Assembly: GCA_965228875.1 (NCBI GenBank)
Contig: OZ245843.1
Span: 2,462,616 to 2,526,615, forward strand
From: Thalassobaculaceae bacterium
GTDB lineage: Bacteria > Pseudomonadota > Alphaproteobacteria > Thalassobaculales > Thalassobaculaceae
Direction of reading: 5' to 3'
DNA length: 64,000 bases
Positions 59,023-64,000 of the stretch are shown piece after piece. The notes beneath the pieces are model-generated. The model was given only the letters and a program-made list of their open reading frames with translations. It searched no databases and was not told where the DNA came from. The translations under genes were made by a program, and so were the position numbers. The stretch's first letter is position 1. Each line of letters starts with the position of its first letter.

Positions 59023-59674
59023 GCGCAGCCTCCCGGAAGCGGGCGATCAGGTCATTCACCGGATCCGGCCGCGTCTTCAGCGCCGTGCGGTTGACCGCCA
59101 GGCGGGCGCTCACATCGGCGATACGATCGATCTCGACCAGGCCGTTGGCCTTCAGGGTCGACCCGGTCTGCACCAGGTCGACGATCCGACGGCACAGCCC
59201 CAGATTGGGCGCCAGCTCGAGCGCGCCGTTCAGCTTGATACACTCGGCCTGGACGCCGCGCCGCGCGAAATAGCGGCGGGTGACGTTGGGGTACTTGGTC
59301 GCCACCCGAAGATGCGACCAGCGCTGCGGATCCTCGTTGGCGGCAAGCTCGGCCGGCGCGGCGACCGCCAGATGACAGTGACCGACATCCAGATTCACCG
59401 GCGCGTAGATCTCCGGGTGGTCGAACTCCATCAGCACGTCCGAACCGGACACCGCAAGGTGAGCGGCGCCGAAGGCGAGGAACGTTGCGGTGTCGAAGCT
59501 ACGGACCCGGATGATGTCCAGGTGAGGATCGGCGGTCGCGAACTGGAGCTGACGCGCGCCGTCGTCGAAGAACGCGTCCTCCGGTTCGATCCCCGCCCGT
59601 GCCATGAGCGGCGCGATCGCCTTCAAAATCCGGCCCTTGGGGACCGCCAGAATAAGCTTGTCGTTCGCGTTCAC
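59012..59674 (-). CDS. hisG: ATP phosphoribosyltransferase, short form
   Basis: 'LAVPKGRI', 'VATKYPN', 'IVDLVQTGSTLKANGL'; 220 aa, consistent with a separate hisZ. Confidence 0.95.
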   Translation of the reverse strand: MNANDKLILAVPKGRILKAIAPLMARAGIEPEDAFFDDGARQLQFATADPHLDIIRVRSFDTATFLAFGAAHLAVSGSDVLMEFDHPEIYAPVNLDVGHCHLAVAAPAELAANEDPQRWSHLRVATKYPNVTRRYFARRGVQAECIKLNGALELAPNLGLCRRIVDLVQTGSTLKANGLVEIDRIADVSARLAVNRTALKTRPDPVNDLIARFREAARAA

Positions 59675-59722
59675 GACCGTGTCGTCCCGTCCTATGCCTG
59701 GTTCCGCCGGCAGCGACCGGAC

Positions 59723-60214
59723 CTACGCCGTACCGTCCTCGTCATGGGACGGCCGAAACACCGTTGGCCAGGGCGTGCCGAGGTCCTCCACGTGACAGGA
59801 CAGACCCTCGACGTCAAGCCGGATGGTCGATTCGCCCGCGAACACCAGGTCCACGACACCCTCGCCATAGGCGACCTTCAGCAGGTTGAGGATGAGGCCC
59901 CGATCGCGACGGTCGATCCCCCTGGTCCGAACGCCGCGAACGCCGTCGAAGCGAATTCCGGTGTGCACGCGCTCGAACGGCGTCTCCTGGTCTTCAATCG
60001 GACCTTTGGCCGGCATGCCATCCGGCGCCACCTCCCAGCGGAACCGTCCGGCGACGAGGGCGAAACGCTTCTCCCCCGCCTCGTAGGTCATCTCCGAGAC
60101 CGGGACCACGGCATCCTGCAGATAGGCGGAGACGACGGTCAGATCCTCGTTGTCCTCCGCCCGCACCCGCAGAGGCCGGTCCCGACGCGTCAGTTCGGCG
60201 GGGGGCCGGGCCAT
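59723..60214 (-). CDS. DUF2948 family protein
   Basis: 'RAEDNEDLTVVSAYLQDAV', 'RFRWE', 'LNLL', 'FAG...IRLDVE'; lies between murA and hisG. Confidence 0.85.
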   Translation of the reverse strand: MARPPAELTRRDRPLRVRAEDNEDLTVVSAYLQDAVVPVSEMTYEAGEKRFALVAGRFRWEVAPDGMPAKGPIEDQETPFERVHTGIRFDGVRGVRTRGIDRRDRGLILNLLKVAYGEGVVDLVFAGESTIRLDVEGLSCHVEDLGTPWPTVFRPSHDEDGTA

Positions 60215-60218
60215 CGCC

Positions 60219-61502
<1,284 letters not shown>

Positions 61503-61612
61503 GGATCACGCAATCCGTTGTTTTGCCGGTTCTAGCCGACGGCGGGGGGAGGCTCAAGTGCAGCCCCCCGTGAATGCCCGGCCAATCGGGCGAAACGGTG
61601 GCAGTGCAACGG

Positions 61613-61846
61613 TTAACCGCCCCGGCCGGAGGCGTCGCCCGGACCGTCGGCGGCGGCGCGCGCACGGGTCTGCGCCTTGCGGCGGCGCAGATTCGCCCGC
61701 AGGGCCTGCTCGAGGCGTTCGGTGCGCGGGTCCTTTTCGGCGCCGGGGCGGGCAGCGGGGCGGACAGCGGATGCCCCGGCGGGCCGGTCGGAAGGTCGGG
61801 CGGCCAACGGGGCGCCGGCATCGGGCTTGTCGGAATCCTGTGCCAT
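61613..61846 (-). CDS. Small hypothetical protein
   Basis: ATG at 61846; 'ERLEQALRANLRRRKAQ' is a motif I associate with small alphaproteobacterial proteins upstream of murA. Confidence 0.6.
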   Translation of the reverse strand: MAQDSDKPDAGAPLAARPSDRPAGASAVRPAARPGAEKDPRTERLEQALRANLRRRKAQTRARAAADGPGDASGRGG

Positions 61847-62003
61847 CACGGTCTCCGAAGGACGACTGGAAGAGATAATGACTATCACGCGCGATCGGCG
61901 GGAGCACGAAAACCACGCTTGCACCCCGCAGACGTCTCTGGCATGTATGCGCCGCCTCGCGGGTCGCCGGCGACTTCTTCGCCCTTTCGACCCGCCCAGG
62001 ATC

Positions 62004-62078
62004 GCTGCCGTAGCTCAGGGGTAGAGCACTCCCTTGGTAAGGGAGAGGCCGAGAGTTCAAATCTCTCCGGCAGCACCA
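62004..62078 (+). tRNA. tRNA-Thr (GGT)
   Basis: GCTGCCGTAGCTCAGGGGTAGAGCACTCCCTTGGTAAGGGAGAGGCCGAGAGTTCAAATCTCTCCGGCAGCACCA; 75 nt, CCA encoded. Confidence 0.97.
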
Positions 62079-62301
62079 TCCTCCAAGACTCCCACCGCTG
62101 AAGAGCGTACCGGACGGAGGTCGTCCCCTCCACGTCACTCAGAATTCTTGGGCTGACCTGCTCCACGGACGCTGCGTCGTTACATCGAAATATCAGGCAG
62201 CATGATCCGCATTGCGGAACAGGCCCGGCCGTGACCGGTTGCCGCCCGCGGCATCTGCGGGCCTAATCGTGGCGTCCCGCCGCCGCGCCGGAACCTCCCG
62301 C

Positions 62302-63672
62302 GTGACCGACCTGCTGATCGACCTGCTGCCGCTCTTCATGTTCCTGACGCTGATGGGGCTGGTGTTCACCAGCTACCCGATCGGCTTCGCGCTGGGCGGC
62401 ACGGCGATCCTGTTCGGCTTCATCGGCATGGCGCTCGACGTGTTCGCCTTCGCCGAGTTCTTCGTTTTCGTGCCGCGGGTGTGGAGCGTCGCGGAGAACC
62501 TGCAGATCATCGCCGTGCCGCTGTTCGTGTTCATGGGCGTGATGCTGGAACGCTCGCGGATCGCCCAGGACCTGCTCGAGGCGCTGCAGTTGCTGCTGCG
62601 CCCGGTGCCCGGCGGCATGGCCCTGGCGGTGACGCTGATGGGGGTGATCTTCGCCGCCATCACCGGCGTGGTCGGCGCCTCGGTCATCATGCTCACCCTG
62701 ATCGCCCTGCCGACCATGCTCAAGGCGGGCTACCGGCCGTCGCTGGCGCTCGGCACGATCGCGGCCTCCTCCACGCTCGGCATCCTGATCCCCCCGAGCA
62801 TCCTGATCGTGTTCCTGAGCGAGATGATGCAGATCTCCTTCGGCTACCTGTTCGCCGCGGTCATCGCCCCCGGCCTGCTGCTGTCCGGGCTCTACCTGAT
62901 CTACATCGCCGGCTACGCCTTCCTGGTGCCGGGTTCGGCGCCGCGCCTGCCGCCCCCGGCGGAGGGCACGAGCCGGGCGGCGTTCTGGGGCGTGATGGCG
63001 CGCGGCATCATCCCACCGGCGATCCTGATCTTCCTGGTCATGGGCTCGGTGCTGTCGGGGCTGGCGACGATCACGGAGTCGGCGGCGGTCGGCGCCGGCG
63101 GCGCGCTGCTGCTGGCCTGGGTCCGCGGCAACCTGACCGGGGAGAAGCTGCGCGAGAGCCTGCACCGCTCCAGCATGACGGTCGGCATGATCTTCGTGCT
63201 GTTCATCGGCGCGACCTGCTTCGCCTTCGTGTTCCGCATTCTCGGCGGCGACGAGGTGGTCCACCTGCTGATCGACGCCGCCGACCTCGGCCCCTGGGGC
63301 ATCCTCATCATGGTGGTCGTGCTGATCTTCCTGATGGGGTTCTTCTTCGATGTGCTGGAGATCATGCTGATCGCCATCCCGATCTTCGGCCCGATCGTCG
63401 CGCCGCTGGATTTCGGCCCGCACATCGCCCGGGGCGACGTGCTGTACTGGTTCGCCGTGCTGGTGGCGATTACCCTGCAGACCTCGTTCCTGACCCCGCC
63501 GATGGGCCTGTCGCTGTTCTACATCAAGGGCGTGGCGCCCTCCTCGATCACCATGCGGCAGATCTATGTCGGCATCGTACCCTTCGTGCTGCTGCAGATG
63601 CTCTGCGTCGCCATCGTCATGGCCTGGCCGGCGCTGGTGACCGGCCTGCCGCACTGGCTGTTCGTGGATTGA
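62302..63672 (+). CDS. TRAP transporter large permease (DctM)
   Basis: 'AVPLFVFMGVMLERS', 'TLGILIPPSI', 'LQTSFLTPPMG'; highly hydrophobic; GTG at 62302. Confidence 0.9.
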   Translation: MTDLLIDLLPLFMFLTLMGLVFTSYPIGFALGGTAILFGFIGMALDVFAFAEFFVFVPRVWSVAENLQIIAVPLFVFMGVMLERSRIAQDLLEALQLLLRPVPGGMALAVTLMGVIFAAITGVVGASVIMLTLIALPTMLKAGYRPSLALGTIAASSTLGILIPPSILIVFLSEMMQISFGYLFAAVIAPGLLLSGLYLIYIAGYAFLVPGSAPRLPPPAEGTSRAAFWGVMARGIIPPAILIFLVMGSVLSGLATITESAAVGAGGALLLAWVRGNLTGEKLRESLHRSSMTVGMIFVLFIGATCFAFVFRILGGDEVVHLLIDAADLGPWGILIMVVVLIFLMGFFFDVLEIMLIAIPIFGPIVAPLDFGPHIARGDVLYWFAVLVAITLQTSFLTPPMGLSLFYIKGVAPSSITMRQIYVGIVPFVLLQMLCVAIVMAWPALVTGLPHWLFVD

Positions 63673-63687
63673 GGGGAGAGCAAACTC

Positions 63688-64000
63688 ATGCCCAAAAAAG
63701 ACCCAGTTGGTAGGCCCCCTCGAGACCCCTTTGCATTGTCTAAGAGTCGCAGATACGCAAATTTTTTTGAGGTTGGAGACAAGAAAGAAAAAGAAATAGC
63801 TGTAGCAGAAGAACTTATCATCCATCTTACAAAATGCGGAGAAAAATTTATCCTACCCATTAAAACTGTCTCAGATGACCCTCCCGATGTCGAAATTGAG
63901 AACATTAATGGCATGAAAACAGGAATCGAAATAACAGAAATTGTGGACAAGACACACATTGAAATAGCGGAAACTATATTCAGAAAATCAAATTCAGAAT
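63688..64000 (+). CDS. AT-rich hypothetical protein, 3'-truncated by the window edge; possible PD-(D/E)xK-like nuclease
   Basis: Not in the ORF track because it has no stop. ATG at 63688 after GGGGAGAG; translation MPKKDPVGRPPRDPFALSKSRRYANFFEVGDKKEKEIAVAEELI...SDDPPDVEIENINGMKTGIEITEIVD... Confidence 0.6.
   Translation, partial: MPKKDPVGRPPRDPFALSKSRRYANFFEVGDKKEKEIAVAEELIIHLTKCGEKFILPIKTVSDDPPDVEIENINGMKTGIEITEIVDKTHIEIAETIFRKSNSE

Noticed and set aside
59012..59674. Truncated hisG pseudogene
   Set aside because: The short form of HisG is normal when HisZ is present, and hisZ is at 18789-19949.

Overview
GC-rich alphaproteobacterial chromosome segment (gene order and content suggest Rhodospirillales; this is inference). 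The housekeeping backbone is glyQ-glyS-ppdK, hisZ-purA, rluD-rpoH, serC-serA, a dpp/opp-type ABC operon, and murA-DUF2948-hisG-hisD-UPF0262-LMW phosphatase-infA-maf-RNase E/G-like-yacG, plus tRNA-Phe(GAA) and tRNA-Thr(GGT). Accessory modules sit between these blocks. (1) A 1988-aa DUF4347/11xIg-like/RTX giant protein is transcribed divergently from a five-gene cluster of three phage-tail-collar-domain paralogues (each 207 aa on my start calls, each with an HxH motif) and two DUF6916-like proteins, with no other phage genes. This is my best candidate for an undescribed surface or secreted apparatus. (2) A stand-alone GIY-YIG nuclease gene is bracketed by four 38-bp CGAC-headed palindromic REP-like repeats, with a further family member about 30 kb away, resembling a RAYT/REPIN-type system with a different nuclease. 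(3) A cluster around tRNA-Phe encodes a YWxD-repeat/PI-PLC fusion, a 2OG-Fe(II) oxygenase, two paralogous methyltransferase-like proteins and a TPR-oxygenase/TPR-methyltransferase pair. (4) Also present are a probable pseudokinase plus membrane protein, an Rrf2-methyltransferase insertion with a clear operator, and the start of an AT-rich, possibly nuclease-encoding gene at the right edge. All family assignments come from motifs recognised by eye; no searches were run.
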